Shown here: piece after piece, positions 1 to 11,400 of the stretch
Layout: each line of letters begins with the position of its first letter
Numbering within the stretch: the first letter of the stretch is position 1
DNA from: Anthoceros angustus
Taxonomy: Eukaryota > Plantae > Anthocerotophyta
Assembly (NCBI GenBank): GCA_010909165.1
Contig: VJWM01000196.1
Coordinates: 124,001 to 188,000 of the forward strand
DNA: 64,000 nucleotides
Direction of reading: 5' to 3'
Notes under the pieces: model-generated
Database searches by the model: none
Seen by the model: only the letters and a program-made list of their open reading frames with translations
What the model was told of the DNA's origin: nothing
Program-made: the position numbers and the translations under genes

Positions 1-3000
1 CAACTGCCAGCAGCTGTTGGTCATTCGTGGCGAAGATCACATCATCTACGTACAAGGCCAGCAGCACTATAGAAGATCCTTGGGTAAGCTTGTAAACATT
101 TGTATACGCATTGCTTTTGAACAAACTTTATACTCGAAGAAATACTGGTGCATAGTAATACCACGTGCCTCTACTTTAAACCATAAATGCATTTGAGAAG
201 CTTTAACACTTTGTGTGGGTGTACTGGTCCTCATATGCTTCGGAGCATATACTCCTCATCAAGAGCACCATACAAAAAGGCTGTGCAGACATCCATCTGC
301 TGGAGGTCTAGGTCGTGCTCTGTGGCATAGGCAAGAAGGATTCGAATGGACTGTGTTCTCACAACAGGTGAAAACATTTCCTGGTAGTCGATTCCTTCAA
401 CTTGGGTAAATCCACGAGCAACAAGCTGTGCTTTGTAGCGTGCTACTTCGCCCTTAGCATTTAACTTGAGCTTGAACACCCACTTACAGGATATGGCCTT
501 ACGCCCTGGTGGAAGATCCGCTAGCTGCCATGTTTTATTTTTCACCAATGACTGATATTCGTCCTCCACAGCGGCCTTCCATTGTTCAGATTGTGGACCA
601 GTGAAAGCCTGAGTCAAAGTGGTTGGCTCATCAGGGAGGGAGGAAGTAACAACAAGGTGAGTGCGGAAGTCTATTGACTGATATCGAGGTTCCTTCCATT
701 CTTGAGGTGGCACATGCGTGTGGAGCGGCAGGAATAGGAGGCCGGCTCTTCATCTCATGTCCTCAGGTTACAGGCGGCACGTCGGCATCATCAAGTAGGA
801 AATCCTGGTCATCTTCATGCTGATCGATTTCATCATCCTCCTGTTGCTGCTCCTATTGACCTTCTTCCCCCTCTGCTGCAGAATCCGGGGGACTTGGAGG
901 AAGATCAGATCCGAGGTCAGCAGCTCCGGGGAAAGGAATGACAGGAGGAACTGGGTTGGCTGCAACAGGGCCGGGTGGGATGGGTAGAACCAAAGGAGCA
1001 GGCTCATCAGGATAAGTATCAGTATCATCCAGAGGGTACAATGGATGCATGTCGGAGGAGGCGGTAGAAGCGCTCGACGGTGATGAAGGAGCATGTGGTT
1101 CAAGAAAGGTGACACTTCTTGCAAGCACAATGGACTCCGTGTCTGGATTGAAAAGCTTGTAGGCCTTGGACTGCTCGCTGTATCCCACAAAAATGAGAGC
1201 CTGGGCACGGTGATCTAGCTTCTTCCTTTTCTCAGATGGAATATGAGCATAGGCTTTGGAACCGAAAACCTTGAGATCTAGCAGACTAGGCTTCTTTTGC
1301 CAATACACCTCATAGGGGGTCTTGTGAGGAACTGAACTAGTTAGAACCCTGTTGAGGATATACGTGGCTGCCACAACTGCTTCGGCCCAATAACCCTGAG
1401 GTAAGCCTGCCCAAATCAGCATGCTTCGTGTCATCCCAAGCAATGTCTGATTTTTGCGTTCTGATACGCCATTCTGCTTTGGGGTATAGGGAACTGTGAG
1501 TTGCCTCAAGACCCCAGCCTCTTGAAGGAGGTCATCGAAAGATGAGTTAACGAACTCTGTCCCGTTGTCTGACCTCAATATTTTCAGTAGCCTGCCTGTT
1601 TGCCTCTGAGCTGTGGTGAGCCAGTCCTTGAAGTAGCTGAAAGTATCACTTTTAGAGTGCAGAGGAAAGGTCCATGTGTAACGACTATAATCATCCGTGA
1701 GGGTGAAAAAGTAGCGAGAACCCCCAAGGGAGGGTTCATGGACTTTTCCAGAAATATCGGCATGTACTAATCCAAGTACCTCTATAGCTCTATGTGCAGG
1801 TGCATTGGGAAAGGGAGATTCCTTCTGTTTTGCCAGTATGCACGACTCACAAACAGGTAAGTGCTTGAAGCATTTAGGAAGAGGTTCTTTGTGGCATTTT
1901 ATTATAGACATGTCAATGAGCTTTGCTCTATTTACGTGCCCTAACCTAGCGTGCCACAATATAGCCTCGCCGAGACTAATGGGACACCAAGAGACCTGTA
2001 GAGTAATCGAGAAGTGGAAGATGCCCGGGTGCATACTATGTTTAACCTATACAGGTCATGCTCAGGAATCCCCTTAAACACGCATGTGTCGGGAGAGGAC
2101 TTTCTTTAAAAGCAGCAGTGTTTATGGTCTGCTCTCATATAGAGGGTACGTAGACGCATGAGCTGACTCATAGACATGAGGTTCTTAGCCATGCTAGGAA
2201 CGAAGAGAACATCTTCGAGTCTTAGGTCAGTGCCATCATTTAATCTGAAAATGCACGTGCCTTTACCCTCTATGCGCAAACTAGATTTGCTTTGCTCATC
2301 ACCCAGAAACACTTTGTCACTAACTGGACCTTGGTGCAGGGAGGCGAACAACTTCCTGTCCTTAAATATATGGGTGGTTGCCGTGAGTCAAGGTACCAAG
2401 ACTCAAAGATCATTCGTGGAGCTCGAAAGGCAAACGGTAAGGATCTTTACTGGTGCTTTTGATTCTCCTGATTTTTCCTTAACTGCAACACTTGCAGCCG
2501 GCTTTGATTGTTTTTGGGGCTCACCTGCCTTCCTTTTTCGGCATTCTCTTGCCCAGTGACCAGGCGTCCCACACCAATTGCAGTTGCCTGGTCGCTTCAT
2601 GGAGCTAGAGGATTCCCCCTTCTGTCCACGTGAATTTCCTCCTTTGAATTTCCCTTTGCCTTTGCTTGAGCGGAAATTGGCTGCTAACACCCTTTCCCCC
2701 TTGACCTTAGAGGATCCAGAGGCAAAGGCACGGCTCTGCTCTTCCTGGAACAGTGCACCAATCACCTCTTCCAAGGTGACAACATCGACCTAGCAGTTGA
2801 AGAAATGGCCCAAAGAAGACGGAGTGGTCCGTTCTGGCTTGTGACAAAGGTCTGATAGGAAGCAAGGAGTGAAGTGAGCAACTGAGCTACAGCGTCTACC
2901 TCCGACATCTTGTCTCCAGTCATGGCCATGAGCTGGGCCCGAAGGTGCCGGAACTTGCTGGTATGTGTTGCCACTTTATCCCCTTCCTTCATCTTTAAAG

Positions 3001-3914
3001 CGTAGAATTCCTGCCTCACAGAACAGAGGGTCATGAGGTTCTGCACTTTATAGGTCTTTTCCAGCTGATCCCAAATTTCCTGTGCCTTGTCGAGGTACTC
3101 GACGTCTGGGACGAGATCTGCATCAAGTCCGCTGATGAGGAGAGCAACAGCAATGGCATTGTGTTGATTCCACTTGGCAATATCATCTAGATCAGGAGGC
3201 GGGACATCAATTGGGTTTGGCTTAGCATAAGTCCCATCGACTGTGCTCCAAACACCACGGGCAAGTAAGGTTGCTTTCATTCTCACTCGCCATACAGGAT
3301 AGCCATTCCCCTTAAACCTGTCCTTTTCCTTTAACTCAGACGTAAATGATGGATTGGTAGTAACCATGGTTACTCTGAATACAGGTGGTATCGGGACAAA
3401 CGGTGGTTGCAGGCTAAGCTGTGCAAATGAACTAATCAACGAGTTCAACAATGAATCGAAGGACATGAATACTGCGCAAGTCGTAGGAGAGCTATGGCTC
3501 CAGTAACAAAGCTAAGTGCTCATGTATCAATGTATAGCTTATAATTAGGGACTAATCATGATATGCAGGAGAGGTGCTGAGAAGGTCAGCCTGGGTTGGG
3601 GGTATCTAGGTGCTATGCCCAACCCCTGCTGAACTCCTCAGCCTTTCTTCCTGTTCTAACATGAAACGTTGCTCCTCAAGCAAGAAACCCTAAAAACAGC
3701 AACTGTTCATTTTCTGATAGCGTTTCAGTGAAACGGTTAGGTCAACCTGACCAACGTGTCATTGTCTTGTGAACAGACACTTACAAGCAAGCCAATGAGC
3801 AGCGCAAGGACAGATCTGACCCAAACAACGCCAAGCCTATTGTGCCTGTTCAGATCAGGTGCATGAGGGACGCTGATGCGCCTGAATCGCCTTGCTCCCT
3901 AGCAGCGGAAGATT

Positions 3915-4505
3915 TCACAGGACCTGTGAGCTGGATGCAGAATCAATAGGTGAGATGTTCTGTTCCAGAACTTGTAGGCTGATGTCCATGTCCTGTAGCA
4001 GATCAATGACTTTGCCTATGTCTTTCTGGAGTTGGTCTTTGCAGGAAAAGATAGCTCTCTCTGCCACTGAATCCAGGCTGTGAATCCTGTTCTTGAGGAA
4101 GACATGTCTGTCTTTTTGTGCTGCAGAACGTTGAGAACAATCTGGTCTCACAACTTCAGAATTCGAATCTCTTGCAAGTGGTCTTGACCTGGGAGGTAGA
4201 TTTTGGCTAGGTGATCCTTGTGATCTAGGATTGTAGGATAGGTTTGGGTTATGTCCCCTCCTATAGCAACGTTCCCTATATAGCCTGTCTACTTCTTGAT
4301 TTTTGTTCAAAGTCCACCTAGTAGAGGGTGTCCTTCGAGAGTGTCTTGCAACAAACTTCTGCAGCCAGAGGGCGGGGTATTGTTGCTCGTAGAGATCCAG
4401 CACCGTGTCCAGAGGAAGTGGTGCTTTGTGTCGTGGTTGATATCCCCTATTGTAATTTTGTCCCGGGAATGATTCACCTCGACGCAATTCTCTGCGCCTC
4501 GGCAT
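3915..4505 (-). CDS. Extra 196-aa ORF in the copia leader, upstream of gag; function unknown
   Basis: ATG at 4505, 35 nt after the PBS, open to 3915. Basic N-terminal half and an amphipathic C-terminus (LQKDIGKVIDLLQDMDISLQVLEQNI). Confidence 0.5.
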   Translation of the reverse strand: MPRRRELRRGESFPGQNYNRGYQPRHKAPLPLDTVLDLYEQQYPALWLQKFVARHSRRTPSTRWTLNKNQEVDRLYRERCYRRGHNPNLSYNPRSQGSPSQNLPPRSRPLARDSNSEVVRPDCSQRSAAQKDRHVFLKNRIHSLDSVAERAIFSCKDQLQKDIGKVIDLLQDMDISLQVLEQNISPIDSASSSQVL

Positions 4506-4539
4506 TATGTAAGGCTTTCTCCAAGATGCGGAGCATCGA

Positions 4540-4551
4540 GCTCTGATACCA
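4540..4551 (-). other. Primer-binding site for tRNA-iMet
   Basis: Minus strand reads TGGTATCAGAGC, the canonical plant initiator-Met PBS, next to the LTR end. Confidence 0.95.
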
Positions 4552-4553
4552 TA

Positions 4554-4735
4554 TGAAGGAATAGGGAGCAAAGATAGCCTAGCAGGACTAGTCAGAATGA
4601 ATATCAATTATGTCAAAAATGTCTTTAAATACATATATCACGACTGTTCAATGTCAACCCTAATCCACATATATCTAAACATAACCTATTGATAAATAAC
4701 CTACACATAGGCTAAGGTTTAACCCCCCGTTAACA
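4554..4735 (-). repeat. 5' LTR of the copia element (~182 bp)
   Basis: On the minus strand it begins TGTTAAC and ends CCTTCA, 2 nt before the PBS. The outer boundary is inferred from the TG terminus and the switch to methyltransferase-like coding sequence; the 3' LTR is outside the window. Confidence 0.7.
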
Positions 4736-4737
4736 TA

Positions 4738-5300
4738 CAGCGACATGAGAATGACAAGCCGTTCGTTTAGGAAGAATTGAAAGAGCTCATCAGCTCTTTC
4801 AACGAGAAGACCACCAGCGATGTGTTCCGGATAGTTCTGATGCATGGGGTGGATGGGGTGATTCAAGCCAGGGAGGCTTTGAGGTCGTGGTGCAGGAAAG
4901 GAGTCATACAAACCGTGTTATGGGAGAAAACCAACATCCCACCTAATAGTGGTGCTGTTGAAACAGTGGAATACTTGACAGTGTGAAGCGCAGTGAAGAT
5001 AGAGTCCAATGTCGGAAAAGCTCCTCTATTTACTGGCAAAGACATCAAACAGGTGCTCCCAAGAGTTATCCGACATGGAACTGTGGTGAAGAAGCTGATT
5101 TACCACACTGGTGATAAGATGGTCGACGCTTGCTATCGTAAACCTTTGGGCTTATTAGGCATGTTGGTGAACATGTTCTCCAACGAAGACGATCGATTGT
5201 TGATGCGGTGATCGTGGTCATTTTGGTGGCGAGAATACAACGGAAAAGGAACGTTGGCCATTGACAAAGACGACGATGCTCAATGTAAATGTCGCAACGA
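4738..5300 (+). pseudogene. Relic beta-class DNA amino-methyltransferase (N6_N4_Mtase-like; N4-mC or N6-mA)
   Basis: One frame from 4741 to 5205 with two stops: ELISSFNEKTTSDVFRIVLMHG...IQTVLWEKTNIPP...ETVEYLTV...YRKPLGLLGMLVNMFSNEDDR. Frameshifted IVDA and LAIDKDD follow. This matches the beta-class pattern iiWxK...E...QKPxxLLxxLIxxxSxxGDxVLDPFxGSG...RxxIGIExD. The catalytic DPPY motif would lie where the copia LTR now sits. Confidence 0.7.
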
Positions 5301-7424
5301 GTGAACGGGTTGAGCGGCCGACGAGTTCAAGAAATAACAATAAGTTTAGCCCCTGCAAGTTTTGGGCAAAGGAGATGCATGCGGTGACATTGAGGAAAAT
5401 GCAAGTGTATAGCTTGCTTGGAAAGAAGGGTCGAATGAAGGACTGCACTCCTGTGACGACCGCCGTTGAAGAGCTACCGCATTGACGATATGGGATGAAA
5501 ATGGCACACTACCACCGCACAGATTCGACGCTGCTTTGCAGGTGTAGTGAAGGTGACTTTGGTGACACGGAAAAGGCGAGCTTTGGAAAATGTAGAAACG
5601 GTGCCGATTCGAGCTCAATTTGGTTGAAGTAGATGATCCTCTGGGCAGCTGTGACTTGTAGATGCTAGCTGGGCTCCGTTAACTGTATAATTCTCGTTTT
5701 TAACTCTTCGTGGAAAACGCCTGAATTTGATTTGAATGCATACTGCCTTTTTTGGATCCATAATGCTTTGGCACTCCTTTCCGGAGTATGTCGCAAGGTG
5801 CGTGGACGAGGGCGCCTCAAAAAAAGTGTCATACATTGAAAAGAAACTCTATTTTACTTACATTGTTCTTAGTAGAACCTGCCTTTAAGCACATCTGTTT
5901 TAAAAACACTTGTTTTGGTTGATATGAGATAGGGGTGGCAACCTCCGCCCAAAGCGCAAAAGAGGCTTTTAAGAATCCGCCGATATTGAGAAGACGCTGT
6001 TTATCCTACGGTGAGTGGAAGGTGAACAAGTAGGAGTCACTTCTCCTGGCCGTAGGATGCAGTGTCGGCGACATGGACATATGCAAGGGCGCTGGCCAAC
6101 CGGTGCCCTGCCATTTTTGACCAACCTCTAGGACAGTGGAAACCCTTTTCCGCACCAGTCCTATGTACTCTGCATGTTGTTGGAAACATGAAACCCATCC
6201 GTACTCCACGCATAAATCCTACATCGTGGAACGATAGGTGGCGCCCACGGCGCCAACGGCCCGTTCTTGACAAAAACAACAGACTAGGGGTTCTAGACGG
6301 ACGGTTGGAAAAGAAGCACCATTCTTTTCCACTGATGAATGTGAAGATTGCCTGCAATGTCTTCGAAAGACCTTGTTTACTTAGACTGTACCTCAACAAC
6401 CCCGTTCCCCTTTTGTCGTTCCGGGTACTTATGGTAAGCAAACATGGGTCGTATTATGCCAAATTCTGATGGCCGAACTACGCCCCTCACCCTTTGTGTG
6501 ATGGAGCCACTGCTTCGGACGTCGATTCCATCCATTATCCACCCTTATTTTCAGGCTTTTTTGGAGCGATGTTGCCCAAAGGAACTGCATGCGACCCATC
6601 CCAAACCCCCTTCCGACCATATTTGGATGAAAACCCCCTTAGTGTTTATTAACCCCCTTCAAGGATTATCATGTTTTAAAAACAAAACCAGATGTGGACA
6701 CAAGGGTGCATTGAAAAGGGAAGGTAGATTATGAATGCATAGCTATGCAAAGGAGGCAAAATGGAAAGAGAATGACACCCACATGGAGAGAGATAGAGTT
6801 CCTGGTCACTGTCATGTAGGAAAAGCAAGAGGGGAAGAATAAAATAATAATATGAGAGGGGAGCTCATTGTCACAGTCATGTTGCAACACAAAGAGGAAA
6901 AAATTATAAAATGGGTGTCATACTGGAGCGTTAACTAGAAGTGTGAGGTGAAAGGAGAGACCAGAAGCAGGTTGTTAAGGTGGTGGAGAAGAAAATCACA
7001 AACTTAACACCAAGCCAACAAACTTAATGCTAAGCTCTTAATGGTGAGGTGAAAGGTCGAGAGACCACTTGCATGTTGTTAAGATGGTGAGAGAAGGTGG
7101 AGAAGAAAATCACAAACTTAACACCAAGCCAATTAACTTAATGCGTGTTGCAAATAGAAGTGTTACATGAAATTGTAACAAAAGACGTAACATAAGCAGG
7201 TTTTCATAGTATATGTTTGAAATCATAAACAATGCTTGTGAGAGAGAGGGTGTACTTAGGAGGGTGAGGTGAAGAGAGAGAGAGCCAGGTTCGTGTTAAG
7301 ATGGTGACAGCATGAGAAGGGAATAGTGTCAAACTTAATACCAAGCCTAAATAACATGTTGCAATTTGGAAGTGTAACATAAAATTGCAACAACGACTGT
7401 AACATAGGCTTGCTTTTCTAGTAG

Positions 7425-7630
7425 GGATGGGACTCAACTTGTGCCTTCTCCTGAACATAAGCTCGCTGGTGGTGGTCACAATTTTGAACTGTATACGATC
7501 ATATCGTCGTAGCCCTTTCCAACTGAACGCGAAGGTATTTCGGTTTCTCTCCAGCATGTCTCGAATCCTCTTGATCCGACTTATCCAGATCCTTGCATAT
7601 GTGCCAAATGTGCGTAGGTTTCACATCCTT
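7425..7630 (-). mobile_element. Ty3/gypsy pol fragment (linker just before RT), directly downstream of the DNMT domain
   Basis: WHICKDLDKSDQE/IRDMLERNRNTFAFSWKGLRRYDRIQFKIVTTTSELMFRRRHKLSP resembles the gypsy pre-RT consensus L..e...l..ll..y.dvFA.s..dlg......h.I.l....Pi..rpyrls. Confidence 0.7.
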
Positions 7631-7779
7631 CCCTTCTGCTGCAGCAGAGCCATCTCTGCACTATTTGCAACATGACTCCCTTTGTCCTGCTCAGGTGGAA
7701 AGTCACTCCCTTCATCAAGCATCTGCAAATGTCTCTTACCTTCTGCACGACATGCAACCAACTATGTGGCCAGCCCAAT

Positions 7780-8420
7780 GCTCACTAGCCATTGCAAGCA
7801 GGTCAAGTCAAAAGCTTATCCGATAAGCTTCAATCTGTATGCTTCATAGACGCCTCTAGTAAAAGTGTTGCCGACACCGAACCCCATAGCCCGTTCACGT
7901 TCCGATATTGTGGGCTCTCCCACCTCGTCTCCATTCAGATTCAGCACCATGCCGACACCTCCTTGTCGAAATGCATATGACTGCGTGGTACTGACAAGTG
8001 TAGGCCATGCCCCTTCTTGGTTCACCCACTACATTGACTAGGAAATATGGCAGTCGATCCATCTTGCGCACTTGTTCTGATTGTCTGCCACCATCTAGAA
8101 TTTCGTCCACACGCCGTTTCTCAAGCACGGTTAAACTTCGATGTTGTCTGAGCACCTCTACACTAGCCACGTTCGTCCAAAAGCTACGGATACGATGACC
8201 GTATGATCCTGTTTGTACAGCATCAATGATGAATTCGCCCCCCAGCTAGCTTCTAAGCTGTTCATAGCTCTTTCGTACATACTCCTGTTTGTCGAAGGCC
8301 CCACAAACATTTTCCAGCAAATACCAGCATGCTGGATTGCTTTGCTGCACCTCTCTCAGAATTCGAATAACCTCCATAGCCAGTTTCAAGCCGTCGCCTA
8401 AACCATGGGACTCCGAGGTG
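7780..8420 (-). pseudogene. Relic C5-cytosine DNA methyltransferase domain (motifs VI-X)
   Basis: WYLLENV (VI), IIDAVQTGSYGHRIRSFWTN (VII/VIII RxR), EPTISERERAMGF (IX), RLKLIG*AFD (X). Two stops and one frameshift near 8010. Motifs I and IV (PC) are not recognisable upstream. Confidence 0.85.
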
Positions 8421-11400
8421 CAAAGTGACCTTCCGGTTTCTCCCTCTCGGCATTGCTTGGCCAATGTCGCAATTCTTCAAGCGCATGGGGCAAGACTTGC
8501 GCGTCCTCAATTCAGTGAAGATCCCTAACACTTCAATTGCATAAACGGTCCCAGGCTCAGTTATCACGGTTGCTAACTGTTACCCGCTCCGGCAGACATG
8601 TAATCGTACTGTGCTCTTCAATGCTAATATCATTTTTCGGCCCCATCCGTACCCCGCTACACAAATCGGTGGCATGTGATTCTCAATGGTTTGGGACGCC
8701 CACCTGTGAAGTTAGTGGCGGGTAGGGAAAGGTTTTTCCATTTATTATTGATTACTGAAAAATCACTGGAAAGGGCGAGCTAAAAATGAAAGTATTAACC
8801 AATTTATCAGGCAATTCCTCTTTCCTTCTTCCACAGCCTGTGGGTTCATCAGACTGTTAATGTGCCAGCATTGCCAACAGAGGAGCCTCCTCAGGCAATT
8901 CATTCTTGTTCTACAGCCAGTTGGTTCACTCTGAATGTCTGGGATTCATTGTGGAGTGCAACATTACAATCGCAGGCTCGGCCAGGCCACGAAATGGTGA
9001 GAAGATGGATATGTTAGAGAGGGAAAAAGATTTCAACATGGAGAACATGAGATCTGATGGACAAAGTCTCAAGTCAGAAGGAGGTCTCAGGCTCTGAATA
9101 GCAAGTTCCCAATCAGTACTTAGCATACCTGGACAAAGGGGATATTGTCATGGATGTGTTGAAGCCTCAGTGGTGTATCTGAATCAGATACAGTGGTGGT
9201 GCCAATTTGTATAAGAAACAAATAAATCGTACAATAGGAGACCACTCCGAGACACCAACTTTCAGGGTATGACGGCAGGCAGCTCCTCCTTGAACCTCAT
9301 GACATCTCCATTGCCACTATGTCTAAGTGATTACTTTGTGGCAGTGGCTCACTCTGAAAGGAGAACTTGAAGGCTACTTACTTCGTTGGCCCGTGGGATT
9401 GAGAATACTATGATTGGGGTTGATAGACATTCAGAGTATGAGAAGGACCCCCTCATGGGTGGCATATCTGTCTTGTTCTGAGCTCTCAGGATGAGGGCAC
9501 ATATGACATGACAGCCTCAGGACTGGGCAACGTGGAAAGCATTGAGTTGACAGGCACAAAAGCCACAAGGAAATTGACCTTTGCGCACCTTTCAGCTCTG
9601 GAGCACGCGTAACAGAAGTTGCATCAGCCAAGGAGCCGGGTCGGATGGACGTTGCCCTGTTTGTTCACAACTTGTAAACCTGCTCCGAGTCCCAGCTGCA
9701 ATCCCAGCCAAAGAGGACGCTTCTGTGGCAGTTGGAATCTACTGATCTCGGACGAATCTGAACAGCTCCTTTTGACATCGTCCTCCAACTCTCAGCAATG
9801 AACTTTTGACCGGATCCGGATGTGTATCTTTTGTTTGAGCACGTCAGCTCTGAGATGCTGCAACCCAGTCAGCATGCATGGTTGGTCATGGTTATCTTCC
9901 CAGGCTCAATTAAACCACCACACGTCAACCCCTTCACAAATGCAAGCCTGTAAAGATCTTCCCATCCGACCAAAGAACTGCTGACCAGTGACTAGGCCGT
10001 ATGCTTGTGGGCTCTTCGTTAGCCAAAAGTATTTCCTTGGCTACTCTTCGGAGAAAAACGTCAACAAACCGCTTTCACATCTAAGGTCCTTAAGGCTTTG
10101 ATGTGGCTGTCACTTGACCACTTCTTCTTACTACTCCTGAGGAGGGCTCTTCCCAGTGCTTGCTTTCACATCTATCAATCATAGTGGGGTTTGAGAAAGA
10201 TGTTACCGGACTCCAGATAGGCAAGTCTGCTTCCCATCAGCGAAACACAATCTGTCGGTGATATTCTGGGCCAGTTTTCTTTTGTAATGGATCGATTCCA
10301 TTCCAAAACAATGTCAGGTACTAACTCTGCGACTAAACCAATGTCTGAGTCCAGGTCCGGACTGGAAACCTGTAGTGTGTGAAACTAGTGATAACCAACT
10401 ACACCGTCCTACTCTGGGCCAGTTTTGTTCATGAAAGTTTTGAAAGATGGAAACCTGAGAGCAGGGTTAATGGGCAATCTATCTTGTAGAACGGTGAAAA
10501 GTGAGATTTGCTTTCTCCACAAGCATGCATGTCGCTGGAAAGGAGTAAAAAGATATAATTATCGAAGATATCAAATATCCTATATCCTATTCAAATTATA
10601 TCGAATATCCTATTCAAAGATAACATCCTGGTCGGATCTAGCAGAGTGGGTGGAGCTTTTCTCCAAAGTGTAGCAATATGTCCTCTTCGGCGGTAAACCT
10701 GCAGGCCGCTTGGCCGGAGAAAGGAGTTCAAGGGTTGCTTTGCAAAGTTTGCACCTTTATTAGTGTTGGATGAAAGAGGTAAGTGAAACGGGCAAGCTGA
10801 AGGTGGTGGAACGTACTCCACGGAATCCACCTTTCCAGTAGGCTGGAATGATAGCTTTGCACTGCAGGCTGCAAATAGGGACAGAGCGACGGAATGAGGT
10901 AGGTTGCAAAAGCTGGCAACGGGTGCGCGCAGAGCGACTGGTGGGACTGCACTGTCACTCCTGCCGTGATGTTATCATATCGCCTGGAGGCAATGAGTTT
11001 TCTTTCTGAAGGCACCGCGCACTGGGTTACGTCTTGGTAGGGGTGCTGGGCCTGGCCCCGGGCCTGGTTGGTTGCGCAGAGTTTGTTGAAGCGAGCTTTT
11101 CGGAGAGGAAACGCCAACAGACGGCCAGCCAGCCATATCTGCACGACTCCAGCGCATTGGGAGGAGACACAATGCTTTGCTTGCGCCCACAGGACGAGCT
11201 CGTCTGGGAGGTTACGAGTGTGTGGCTGGACGCGGGGTTGGTACGCGCCACAGGCAATATAAAAAGCGGCGAAACCAGGGTCTCATCATCATGTGCCTGC
11301 GAGCTCCACGAGCTCTCGGCCCTTTGCCAACGAGCGCCTACGCGGAGCGCGGTGTAGTGCAGACTAGGGATGATGAGGTGCATTCGCCTTGTGCGGCCGG

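Larger units (their letters stand above)
1..4735 (-). mobile_element. Ty1/copia LTR retrotransposon (5' part; runs off the left edge), frameshifted gag-pol
   Basis: Minus-strand order: LTR, PBS, gag (2762-3466; Retrotran_gag_2/UBN2-like 'YPVWRVRMKATL...AQEIWDQLEKTY'), zinc knuckle CNWCGTPGHWAREC (2403-2774), protease remnant (~2106-2400), integrase (853-2034; WHARLGH, LVHADISG, ILRSDNGTEF, PKQNGVSERKN), RT (231-713 and beyond; WKAAVEDEYQSL, CKWVFKLK, YKAQLVARGFTQ, QMDVCTAFLYG). Integrase before RT is the copia order. Confidence 0.97.
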
